A stretch of DNA of 63,844 bases, counting the filler, from Choristocarpus tenellus KU-1152 (lineage: Eukaryota; Protista; Phaeophyceae), in assembly GCA_964200185.2 (NCBI GenBank). It is 10 parts of 10 records of this genome, joined end to end, with 100 filler letters (N's around TTAATTAATTAA, not from the genome) between each part and the next. Parts side by side here need not be neighbours in the genome. Positions count along the whole stretch, not along the records: positions 11,356 to 27,689 come from CAXNAD020000840.1; 9 more parts are not named here. One strand, 5' to 3'. This document shows, in pieces, positions 11,800 through 23,749 of the stretch. The stretch's first letter is position 1; the number at the start of each line of letters is the position of its first letter. The translations under genes were made by a program, and so were the position numbers. A model generated the notes under the pieces. That model saw only the letters and a list, made by a program, of their open reading frames with translations, was not told the origin of the DNA and ran no database searches.

Positions 11800-14700
11800 C
11801 CATCTGTAAAGCTCACGAACCCATAGCCCTTGGATTTCTTGTTCCATTTTTCCCTGATGATCTTGGCCTTTGCAAAGGAACCATACTTTCGGAACATCTG
11901 TGCTAAGTGCTCATCCCCCACCTCATTGCCAAGGTCTCCCACAAACAGGCGATAGTCGTCTAACAGGACATACCCCCCCACACATACGTACACATGTACA
12001 TACACATACACACATACATACATATATACATACATACATATATACATACATACAAATAAAGACCGAATTAGGCACTTTGACAGTCAAGAGTCCACGTCAA
12101 GGTTGATTGGTCGGAGGGATGTGGTATGTATGATATGATTGGGAAGAAACAAATCCAATAATTACGCAGCTTGTAAGATGTAGTAGTAACAATAAAAGGT
12201 GTATCATACGGAGTCAACAAGGTACATGGTATGCTAGCTCCATGTATTAATGCAGTCAACAATCATTTCCAATTCTCTCCCTAACCTTACTCCTAACCCT
12301 AACTTCCAATTCTCTCCCCTTGCCACTAGAATCTCTTGGAGAGTATCTAAACATTTGAAGGTAGTGTATCACCTCAGGTAGGGCAAAGGAACTGTACTCA
12401 CCAATATCCCTAACTCATCCATGGATGACAATTGTGCATTGAGATATAGCTTGCATTTGTCTACAAGTAATCCTCAGCACACATGTTGAAAAAAAACACC
12501 CCTCCGCTTCAACCAGCACGCCTCCTTCCACTACAAACAGTACAGCAACACTACCCTCTACAAAACACACCACCCTATTTCTCAGCAGGCTACCAACTGC
12601 CTTGTTTTTTTTTAAAGTAGAAATTCATGATTTCCCAACTAAAAAATCAAATGTCGGAACAGCATGGCACTGTAACACTGCAATGCCAGTAAGATAGTGT
12701 AACTGTTAAAAAAAACATAAAAGGTTTATTGCTTGGTGTCATCACGTACTGTGGATTGTACAGTAACCCTACTCTATTCCATGGTACAATAGACAGAAAC
12801 ACACAGTACAATAAAGCAAAACCATAAAAATATTCCTCTTCAATATTTTTTTCACTCTTTTTTCTTTTTCATGATTCCAAACTTCCAAGTCACGTACAAA
12901 TTAAAAAACACTTACTCTACCCCTTCCGCCCCCCCCCCCCCCCCCCCATCACCCCCGGAGTGTAAGTAATACTCCTGATTTTCATATCACAGGAATCAAT
13001 TTTTTCTGAAGTTGGATTTTTTTTTGTGAAGAACATAAACAATTTACCCTAAAAATGAATGGACCAACAGCAGAAAAATAAGTACACACACAATAACACA
13101 CTTGGTATGACACTCACTTTCCGGCCAATCAGCCAACGATTCATCCACCCAGCTCTTCCCCCCTCCAACACGCTTAAACTTAGACTTATCCTTTGAGTTT
13201 TCTCCCTCCCCTCCTTCCCCTGAAGCTGCTGCCCCCGCCCCTGCCCCAGCACCTGACTGATCCATTCCCACAACACCAGCACCAACACCATAGCCTGCTC
13301 CTGCTCCGTAGCCATAGCCAGGCATATTTTGGTATTGCCCTGCTTGCAACCAGGCATGAGGGCAGTTGTCAACATTTAGACTGATGAACAAACAAGGTAT
13401 GACAATAAGATATCACAAGGAATAACAAAAAGTGTGATATCATAAGTATCACCAAAAATCGGGGATGTAACCGTAGTCTGAAATTGCAAAGGTCTGTCAC
13501 TTCATCAAAGAATTCGGGACAGCTGCCGACTAGATATTGGGAGGCGGACAGGTTGATATGTGGGAAATAATGACGACGGCGTAAGGTACATACTGAATTC
13601 AACATACTATCATTTGTTTCTTTCACACTAGATGGTCATTGTGCGCAGTTGACTAAACTGCAACCCTATTTATGTCCCAAAGAATACATCCTCTGTTCAG
13701 CATCAGCCCGACAGTTCATGGGGTAGAAAAAATATCGAATCAAGAAGGTGCTTCTTGTTACTTTGCAGCAGGCGGTGTATAAAAGGCGGACCAAGTCAGA
13801 TTTCACTGAGACTTTAGGGCATACCTCATTATGGGATGTTGCATGGCCACCAGAAGAAATAATAAAAATCAGATAGAACGCATTGTGCATATATAGCCTG
13901 CCCCACGAATTGTACAAAACGGATGCTTAACAGAGTAACTATTAATACGTAAGATTGATAAAGTGAGACAATACAAACCTCTTCCATCACCATAGCACCT
14001 AGACGCTTTGATTTTAGTTCTTCTACAAGCATTAAGCTACTTGACAGAGCTTTAGATTTAAATTTTATATTTTACCGAGATATCATGTGCTATTAAAGTT
14101 GAAATTGTTCCTAATCGAGTACCTACCGCCATACCTTTTAACATACCTTTTAACATACCTTTTACATCTTCAGAGGTTTCAAGAGCATCATTTTCTCTAT
14201 AAAGGAGAGCAATTTTCGAATCAGTAGACGGTTTAGAAAAAATTATTTTTGCTAAATGCTCAAGAGTAATACACTGCACGCGAGGTCCACCACACAGGAG
14301 ATGCTCAGTAACACAAGGAAGTTGTTTCTGATAATCTACTGATATATTTTTTCTTAACTTCTTTTGTATAAAATTGCATCCAAACTATACCAAAGCTTTT
14401 TTTTATCACAGTTAATAAGACAAACCAAGACATTAAAGATTTCATCACCAAGGCCTCTGACACTTTCACTAATAGATTGAGTAAGAAAAGCAAATGCGGC
14501 AGCAGCAACTATACCCAACATTAATCCTAAAATGAAATAATTCTTTATGGGTTTTGTTACTGCTAAGATAACACCAAGTAAAAAAAAAATTCAAGGCATT
14601 GATGGAACACTACAACTACTATATTAAACATTTTTTGTTTTTCTTTTACTGTAATCTTGCCCCGCTCGCGATATTTTCATGATGTGCAACTGCTGCTGTT

Positions 14701-17700
14701 CGTAAAAAAAAATGTATTTGTTGGGAAAAATATATATATATCTAGAAATGGTTTAAAACAGTAGAGGGCCCCCCGCACAGAAATCGTGTTCTTCATCTCT
14801 CGAGGCGTTTCGGAAAATCAGATACCAACACAAAGCAGGTTATTAAATAATGGTTGAAGGGGGTGAAGAATGAAGTTTTAAGGAAGGTAATGTGATCGGG
14901 TGAACACATCACATTGTCAAGTTTGCAAATTTGGTCATTAGTATCGTTGCTGTATCAAAGCACATCTCCATCACCACACCTCAACATAACAAGGGGAAAA
15001 ACCACTTCCCTATTATAGGTGACAATTGGGGCGCTGAAACATTGCAAACTTCATTTATTATAGGTGGATTGATCAAGGAATCAATCCAGAGAGTGAGTAT
15101 AATAAACATGACATTTGCCACCAACGATGTAACAAATTTGACAATACACTGTCAACAGCTTTCTGCAATATCCTACCCTACAGTCAACTCAACTGGAATG
15201 ATAAAAATCCACTGCAACACACATATATATACATATGTACACATACGTACACAAAAGGTCCCATACAATGATAAACAATGCCACAGAGTCTGACAGGAGA
15301 TAATTCCCATGGTGTTGGAAAACCCTTGCTTTACTCATGTTGAAACATTGCACACGACCCATTAGCTATCACATGCACACACCTACTACATGCAAAACAA
15401 ACCTTGTAAACTACACACATGATGGCATGTATTGTGCACACATTTGGACACACCCACACCTCTTTTTCCTACAAATGCAGTATCTGAGGCAATAGATGCC
15501 AATAGTCACACAACAAATGCAAACAAAAAAAATTGATAACAAAAAAATATATATACATACATTAAAAAAAATTATTCTATTGGAACAATCACCACCTACT
15601 CACCTTGTTGTGCCATCCCATACCCTGGCGGGTACCCTCCTCCCATACCACTGCCCATGCCCATACCATTCGCCATCATCCCATTTGGCAGTAACATCGC
15701 CCCCATCCCCATCCCATTGGTCATCCCCATGCCATTATGCATCCCCATGCCATTCACCATCCCCATTCCACCACCCATTCTCATACCGTTCCCCATCCCC
15801 ATTCCATTCCCCATTCCTATTGACATTTGCGGTCCACTGCCACCCCTTCCCCCTCCGTGGTACATTCCTCCCCTACCCCTACCTCCTCCCCCCATCATAC
15901 GGCCCTGTTGTTGATGATGCTGGTGAGAATGTTTCCCTTCAAGAACTGGCTGATTTACAGCCGGTGGCGCCTTGTTGTCCTTCCCCTGCCCCTTCCCTTC
16001 CCCTAGCACCTTTTCCCCTCCCCCCTCAGTTGCTCTTGCCTCTGTGTGAGGAATGTCACTACTGTCCTGTCCTTTTGAGGCAGGGGAGGACCCTTCAGCA
16101 CCCTTCTCCACCTAACAAATATTTAACAAACGGTTTTTCACGAATTTCGTGGTTGTTCCAGTCAACTATTATATGTAGCAGGTACAGATAATGGGTTGTT
16201 TCAGTTGATTGGCGGCTACAACTCCATAGTTACTACAATAGCCTATAGATTGTTACAGATAATTCATTGCCACAGACATTGCTCATTACATTCATTCAAT
16301 TTGATATACACACAGAGTTGATAGATCTAGTCATTCATTCTATCTACTAACAAATCTTGGCTGTTACAGATACGGCTCAATGCTAGTAGAAAGAAACAAA
16401 AACACGCCCTTTCAAGCATGCTTTCAACTACACTACACACAAGACAACGAACCACAAAACAAGCACCATAGTCCCATACATATTCACACCCTGTACACTC
16501 TTCACTACATTGAGGAGGCCTTCCCCCTTCCCTTGCGCAATCCAATCTTCATCCAACAACAGCCCAAAGCAAGCAAACCAGATCACTTTTTATTGATGCA
16601 GATGTGCCACCTGCTACTACTGTACATCCCCTCCTACCCCCCCACACACACAATCACCAAATAAAAGCAGTTATGCATTCAGCATCATAGAGTGGCGTCA
16701 AATAAATCCTCAAACTATCTAAACTAGGAGGGAGACCCTAACCCTAACCCTAATGAAAGACGATAGAGGTAGAAAAAAACCCTCATGTTTAAACTGTACA
16801 GTGAATTCAACGACTCCTACTCTCCGTTGGGAAACAGGGGGGGGCACATGTGATCACATGTGGGATTTCAGAGTTTACCAGAGCAACCAGGCGTCTAGCA
16901 ATGAGACACTGCTGAAAAAAGTAGCTAACCAGCATGAACGATAAAAGTGATACTTAATCCTTTATTTTACAACCCCATCACCCATCATTCAGTAGTGCAC
17001 CTACTTCCCCTGTCCAACATCTAGTTTATTAATCTTTCTCATATGCACAAGCTGTTTGAACCATTGCTGAACATAGGATGTGTATCACACAGCATGCTTC
17101 CAACTACTGCGAAAAGGATCCAACTACCACTTAGGCTCATTGCCCTACCAGCAACAAAATATCATCACACCTGTACCACACTCCCCCCACAGTTCACAGT
17201 CCAAAACACCCATACACAGACACCCAAATTGCCTACAAATAAAATCACCAAACTCCTCTCAAAACAGTCCGGAACCTTCACCTGACTGTCCTCTCCCCCA
17301 GCTGCGACATCACTCTTAGGGCTCTCTTGGGCACTACCTCCGGTGATGTCCACTCCACCAACACCTACCCCATTTGTGGCACCAGTACCAGGGGTAGATG
17401 TGCTGTTTGGAGCTCTTGTCACAGCAGAAGACCCGTTTACCGTAGCACTAGTTGCAGATGCTTTTACAGGGCGCGCTGCTGCCACAAGCTTTCCCGCTAT
17501 TCGCATTTTCTTGGCAGCAGGAGCTGGGTTCGAAGCAGTGGATGTGTCCTGACAGAAACGGACCCCGTTCAGATATAAGAAGTATTATCATATTGTTCTA
17601 CACGTGTGCTTTGTGTCACAGTGGGAGTAATAGGAGTGTCCTATGGGATAGGACGGCATTATATTCATTTCTTTTACACGTGTCTGGTACAACACAGTAT

Positions 17701-19925
17701 ATGGCATCACACACTCACATCATACTGTGCTTGCATTGATGTAGCAGGTGATACACCCACACATGAGACATAAAAAGGTTGGATGCAGTATATGAAAATT
17801 CCACCATAACTCACGCAATGTACGCACTACGCGGCTGACAAGACATGATCTCCCATCGTAGGTATGACACAAGTGCACAGTTCCTTTCTGAGTTAGGGGA
17901 TATCTAGGAAAAACATACGAGCCACTTCACCTTAAACTATTTTAATAGGTAGCTTTCATTGGAGGTAGGCAAAACTAGGAGTAAACTGAAGTAAAACAGT
18001 TTAGTGTACTACAAGGTAATGCTACTACCACTAATGATAATAATTATTATTATTGTTACTGTTATTACCATTATCATGGGAAGAGGGACCTATACCCACA
18101 ATAGGGTAACATGATCAGTGATCAATAATTATTTGAACGCGCCTCATTTGATAAGTTGTTGACAGCAGTGCCAATTTTTAGGTCAGTGATGGGGGGGGAG
18201 GGGGGAATAGAGGAAAAACGGTGTGGGATGAAAAAATCCCTTCAATTTGATGACAATAAAAAAATCATCTAACTGAAACATACAAAAAACATGATAAAAT
18301 GGGTTAGGGACAAGACTAAAATAACTGAAGGTGAACTATGGTTGGCAGGACAAGAGTACAATATGACATAGTTTAAGTAAGAAATAGTAATTGGTGGTAT
18401 TCTGAGTATACCTTGAAAATTTTCAGTGATAGTAACCTTTGTGCCCTCAAAACAATCTGCAGATGACCAAATTTTTCGACCAAGGAGATGAGGATTTCCT
18501 GGATATATTCAGTCACTGGCCTTACCCCAAAGAGCAACTGTGTAACAGTACATTTCACTGGTTAGGGATATGGTGCCACAAAAGGACACTTGCAGTGACA
18601 CAAGGGGGGGCAATGATACACATACACTATTACCATTACAAATACTAGCTCTAACATGTTTTGTATAGCCATAAAAGAAGGCATTTATCTTGATCAGGAA
18701 AGACAAAGGTGAGCCTTTCCTATTTAATGAATGCATATCAAACACTACTTGTTCAATCACATTTTCTAATCTAGGAGAGAGCCTCAAAGCGCATTGACTC
18801 CAGAAGGGCCTTATTTCTTTGTTGCCACATATTAGATTGGGAGGGGGGTGAAAGTCAACAGCCAAAGTGAGAGATGAATAGTCCAGGCACTAAATTAAAG
18901 ACCAATCCAGTGCAGCAAATTCAATAGATGACCTGGTATGGGCTCACGATCAGGCAATCATGATTTTTGGATACATGTAGAAGCATGTCCTATCTACTAC
19001 AAACTTGTAGAGCACACAAGTTGCCAATGCGACTTGGGAAAAAGGCGCGAAGGACAGCAATGTCACTTCAATTTGAAACCGTACATTACGCACACACAAA
19101 AATACCCCCACATTGCCGGACAAATACGTAGCAACTACCAGCAGGTAAGCAGCAAGAGTTGATCGACTAAAGAGAAATTTTCGAAAATTTCTATTGGTTC
19201 TCAGGTCAATCTCTAACTACAACCCCGACCCCGACCTCAGAACGGGAGTGCTCCGTTGGCCAGCTTTCACTGGCAAGTACTTAACCCGAAAAGTTGAATG
19301 TGTGGTAGTAGTAACAGATAGTACGGAAAAAGAAAATTAGATGTGGACAACCAGGAGAAGCTAGGAAAAAGCTGTTTGCGTCACTATTATTGCTTCACGC
19401 AAGTACCAGATATTATTGATAATGGATCAGTCCCTGGCAAGGGGGTTGATTGCCTTGGCCATCAAGTATGCGAACGGGCCAACAGAAGCTCGTTAGTCGA
19501 TAAGAAAAACTAATATGCAAAACAGAGAAAAATGAAGTCGGAAAATATCACTACAGGCAGAAACAACAACGAAAGCAAGACTAGAGATGTGGACCCTGAC
19601 AAGACGTCTGATGTTTCACCTACTTGGCATTCCACCAAGTTAAGAGTCAGGGACATCACACGTGAACAGCGTGATGAAAAGGGGAAAGAAACTACCAGTT
19701 GTAACACAGGGAGAGAAAATTGAAACAAAGACGTCACAACATCGACAAGGAGGTTGTTTGCCCTCAATCAATCACCTCCGCTTCCCCGTTCCGTTTCCCC
19801 CCTCCAAATGATTCGTTGACTTCATTTTCTCCTTTCTCTGTATCATCCTTCTGGGTTGCTTTGATCTTGACCTCCTTTTCTGTAGCTTTGATCTCGCCAA
19901 GGAACTCAGCGAATAGGTCATCCAT
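11800..19925 (-). CDS. RBM42: RBM42-like RRM protein, 3'-partial. Exons 19925-19776, 17548-17282, 16111-15604, 13339-13118, 11959-11800
   Basis: Spliced junction gives KRVGGGKSWVDESLADWPENDYRLFVGDLGNEV...KSKGYGFVSF, the RBM42 signature. Splice phases are consistent (0,0,1,1). The N-terminal exons are low complexity and less certain. Confidence 0.88.
12000..12055. repeat. (TACA/CA)n microsatellite; similar tracts at 58905-58935, 45239-45262, 47975-47996 and (ATCAGA)n at 53972-53998
   Basis: Directly visible simple repeats. Confidence 0.9.
14005..14265 (-). pseudogene. Bacterial-like fragment resembling the C-terminal tail of Rpn / PD-(D/E)XK family proteins
   Basis: AT-rich. KGMLKGMLKGMAVG (12-bp repeat) is followed by ISTLIAHDISV/SKALSSSLMLVEELKS, resembling the GxxKGxxKG + short helical tail of Rpn proteins. 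Disrupted by stops and a frameshift. Confidence 0.4.
14320..14631 (-). pseudogene. FTR1/EfeU iron permease N-terminal fragment, Rickettsiales-like, frameshifted
   Basis: Conceptual translation MFNIVVVVFHQCLEFFF/LLGVILAVTKPIKNYFILGLMLGIVAAAAFAFLTQSISESVRGLGDEIFN/..VLLTVIKKSFGIVWMQFY. It carries a degenerate RExLE motif (FHQCLE), GxGDEIFN and IVWMQ. Frameshifts at the T10 run (14580-14589) and near 14425. Confidence 0.75.
14632..14681 (-). pseudogene. Possible C-terminus of a cupredoxin-domain (EfeO-type) gene upstream of the FTR1 fragment
   Basis: HENIA/RGKITVKEK immediately before the FTR1 ATG resembles the cupredoxin ending HxxxAxGxIxV. Very short. Confidence 0.3.
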
Positions 19926-20554
19926 ATTTTTGACACAGCCCACCCAAAACAGCAGCAATCTCCTAATCGTTCCGCCGCCAAATCTCTAGAAGATCCGCTC
20001 CAATCTAAGCAACGCGTCCTTCAGTAAGGCATGTACTCTTGATGATCTTGTTCCTCGTCAAATAATTGTATAATCTTGGACACAACCTGCGTCGTTGAAC
20101 TGATTGAACAGTGGGGTTTCTTCCTCGCTTGTGTGAAGGGTGAGTTGGATGGATGGATGGTTCAACCCATTCTTACACTCCAAGAACTACAGTATATACA
20201 CAAACCTTGGGGGAAGTTATGTAATCCTCACACCTACATAAATAATAAAATAGATAAAATCGAAAACGATCAGACCCCAACTGAAAATATACCTAGAGCT
20301 TAAGGAAGAAATGTGACAAACTTGTGTCTGGAGAGGAAGGGCAACAACAGACAGGCACAGTGTAGGGAGGAACCAAGGTCACCCCGCGTTGACCTAAAGG
20401 AAACGTAGTTGGCCGACTGAGAGGACGACTAGGACCAATTCCTGAACTGTAGGCTTAGTTAAGAAGCATCGGTTCCTCGAGAGGCTCGAGAGGCTGAAGT
20501 GTAGCCTGCGCTGACGCCCAAGAGTGGGGACGAAGTTGTGAAACGGACGAGACC
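19926..20554. promoter_or_regulatory. Putative bidirectional promoter between RBM42 (-) and RWP-RK (+)
   Basis: Divergent start codons ~630 bp apart on one contig; CpG-rich flanks. Confidence 0.55.
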
Positions 20555-21649
20555 ATGTCGATCTCGTCGCCCTCCCTCCCTGGGTTGACGGCGGTGTCGA
20601 GTGATCAGTCTATAACAGCCGCTTCGATGGCTGCTGCGGCTGCTGCATCGGCCGCAGGCTTCCAAGGGATGCCTGCCCCCGAAGACAAAAGGACCAAACG
20701 GGGCTTCAGTAAACGTGTCACACTTCGTGACTTGGAGCGATACTTTGAGTATCCAATAGAGGAGGTTTCCCGAATGATGGGTGTCTCCACCACCATCATC
20801 AAGCGCCTCTGCCGAAAATACGGAATAAAGAGGTGGCCCTATCGTCAGGTATGTTATTCTAGGTACACACTTTTTGGTGATATAATTGTGACCTGGAAGA
20901 AATCATTCCTCTCATCTCAAAGTTGTTGTTTGCCTCTGGGCTGTGCATTGTTCTTGAAGGCAGCGTCGGCAAAAGCTGTGACCAGCTCGAAAAGCTCTAC
21001 GTTCCACAACGTGCTCAAAACAGATTTTTTTTCGGGGCCAAAACAGGTTATTGCACTTTTTCGCCCCCAGTTATTGACCACATTGCCTCACTGCGTATTC
21101 CACCCCAGAACCTATAATCTTGCAACTTGAATCAACTCGAGCTCTGCGAATTCAGTTCCATGTTCTTCACACTCAGCGCTTCCTTGCTCACCAGTCGCTG
21201 TTAAGTTAAAGTTTCATCTCCCCAGTTTTTCTCATAGCTCTCGACATAGGTGCAGCGGGACAACCATAACGACGCCCCTCTCACCGCGATCACCACAACT
21301 TACCCTCTTGGCAACTGTTTACCTTTATCGTCGTTCTCACGTACCAGATACGGAGTGTAAACAAATCCATCAAGTACGTAGAGCTCCTAGCCCGTACAGC
21401 ACAGAGTCCTGACCGCCAGCGCCTGCAGGAGCAACTTGTCTCGTTGCACTACAAAAAGCAACTCATTTGCCAGGCCGCTACGTCAGGCGCATCCGCCAAG
21501 GTTCGTAAGTCTATCCTACAGATGCGACCAGAGGAGCTTGATGCTGACACCCTCGCGCGTACTGGCATGGCGGCTGGGGCGGGNNNNNNNNNNGGAGGGC
21601 TCGCGAGGGGAGGGGCGCAGGGGGGGTGGGGGCGGCCCGCCGGGGGGGG

Positions 21650-21690
<41 letters not shown>

Positions 21691-22630
21691 GGATAACGAG
21701 GGAGAAGAAGGCAGTACAAGTTCATCGCCGGCAAATGGAACACCATCAGAAGGTGAGACGTTGGCGGCAGCTGCAGCTGCGGCCATGGCTGCTTCAATGA
21801 ACCCCTATGGTATCCCACACCTCTCCATGGCAGGAATGGCCATGGGATACAGCCCATATGCACACATGGCAGCTGCTCAGCATGCAGCTATGGCAGCAGC
21901 AGCTGTGACAGCGTCAACGGCTGGTGGGGGGGGAGGAAAGGATGGGGGTGTAGACAGTAGAACTGAGGCGGTGGCACCACCTGCACCAGCTCAAGGCAGT
22001 TCCCTACCTCAGATGCCCCAACCATATCCACACCTTGGGGTGTATGGGGGCTATCCTGGAATGATGGGCATGCCTTTTCCTTTCCAGGGGCAAGCATACC
22101 CCGGAATGCCAGGGTATGGCATGGTGGGAATGGGGGGGTATCCCAGTCTAGCGTGTGGAGGTGGTGGGAGTATGGGAGAACCAATGTCGATGATGGGTGG
22201 GATGAATGGGATGGCTGCAATGCAATGGGCTGCCCATGCCATGCAGTATCAGCAACAGCTGCAGCAGCAGCAGCAGCTCCACCAGCAGCAGATGGAACAA
22301 TCTCATGGATGCGGTGCTGGCAGCTCTGACAGTGAAGAGGGTGAGGACGATTTGGATGGCGAGGCAGGTCATGGGGGTAACAATGGTGCTGGAGACAGGG
22401 GGGACCAAAGAAGTGGGGGAAGGAAGGTGGGTAGTGATGGACATGGGAAAGCAGGGGTGGGTGGGATGCCAGAGGATGGGGAGGAGACGCAATCTGATGG
22501 TGATGCGGAGGAAGAGCCAAGGTGGGAACCCCCAGCTATTGTAGGTAGAGTTAACACAGCACAGTTGACTAGAGGTGAAGGTGGTTCAGCAGGTAGCAGT
22601 CATGTTTTGAGGGGTGAGCATGTTCCATAA
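20555..22630 (+). CDS. RWP-RK domain transcription factor; exons 20555-20848 and 21348-22630 (10-N gap and unreliable poly-G at 21584-21690)
   Basis: VTLRDLERYFEYPIEEVSRMMGVSTTIIKRLCRKYGIKRWPYRQ|IRSVNKSI. GT-AG intron 20849-21347 in phase 0. Ala/Gly/Met/Gln-rich C-terminal region. Confidence 0.9.
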
Positions 22631-23749
22631 GATTACAGTGGTGGTACACCTGCGTGTCCTTGATGTTGTGGTTGCTGTCTATTATGTTTTGACAATTGTC
22701 TCAAGTGGATGATGATCAGGAGTATATGTTTTACAGGATTTAGTTCGGCACCACAGAGGTTACCATTGCCGGATGCTTCAATGTGGATGAACTCATACAT
22801 GTTTTGTGGTTGAATTTTTGTCATCCGTCATGCTACAGTAAGGATTTTATTGATGTGTCTATATATGGTGGGCTTCTTGCCCTGTTGGTATTCTTTTCTA
22901 AATAGATATGCTGTGTTGGCAGTGTCTAGAGAACACCGAGAGCACTAGCTGCCTGGTCTGTGGGTCCGCTGCCCCTCTGTCTAGTCAGTCACTTGCCAAA
23001 GACAGGACTTGGTTTTGCAAGAGAGCATCAATGTTTTGGCTCTTCTTCTTTGCATGCATGGGAATCCTTTAAAATCATACTTCAACTTTTCTGTATTTTG
23101 TGTCTTGAGTCACTGCATCATCGTGTCAGCACATTTGACTTGTCCCAGCTGGGTGATATACATTGCACTAGAGTTGAGTACAGCTACCAGCAGAGCATGG
23201 GATATCAGCCTACAATGAACATTGTCAACCTTCTTGTTTGGATAATAATCCATGTGCTATTTTAACCCAAGTATGTCACGGAGCTTTACCTAGGCAGGTA
23301 CAGGGAGAGATGGGCATAACGTTTATCTCAACGATTTAATTTATTCGAAATTCAATATGGACACCATGTCATGCAAATCAGTCGTCAAACATGAAACTTG
23401 GCATCTTGAGACATCACCAACTGCGTATTGTACTGCTCTATCTCCAACTCTCTGCTGAGTTAGGAGGTTGCCAGTGCAGAGTAAGGGAAGAGGTGTACAT
23501 TAATTGCAGATAAACCATATCAATACTGTGTGAGTTGTAGGTTCGCATATTCTGATAGTGGAAAGTACTTTGCCCTGCACTGAGGCTAGGTCTTTTTTTT
23601 CACTTTTTGAAGACCAACTTTTGTTTCTTGGCAGTGGAAATAGAAAGAAGACAGAGAAATGATTTTTTTTTTTAACTGCTGGGTCTGAAATTGGGAAGGC
23701 GAACTTGAATTTTGCGTTCTAATTCAAATCAGAATAGATCGATGTGATT

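Noticed and set aside
15496-16191. 231-aa Pro/His-rich plus-strand ORF (also 21888-22520 -, 28310-28705 +, 9145-9492 -)
   Set aside because: Antisense shadows of low-complexity exons of real genes.
21584-21690. Poly-Gly tract and apparent frameshift in the RWP-RK gene
   Set aside because: Next to a 10-N gap and a long G homopolymer. Length and frame are unreliable, as for the poly-G/C runs at 11375, 27605, 48017 and 63780.
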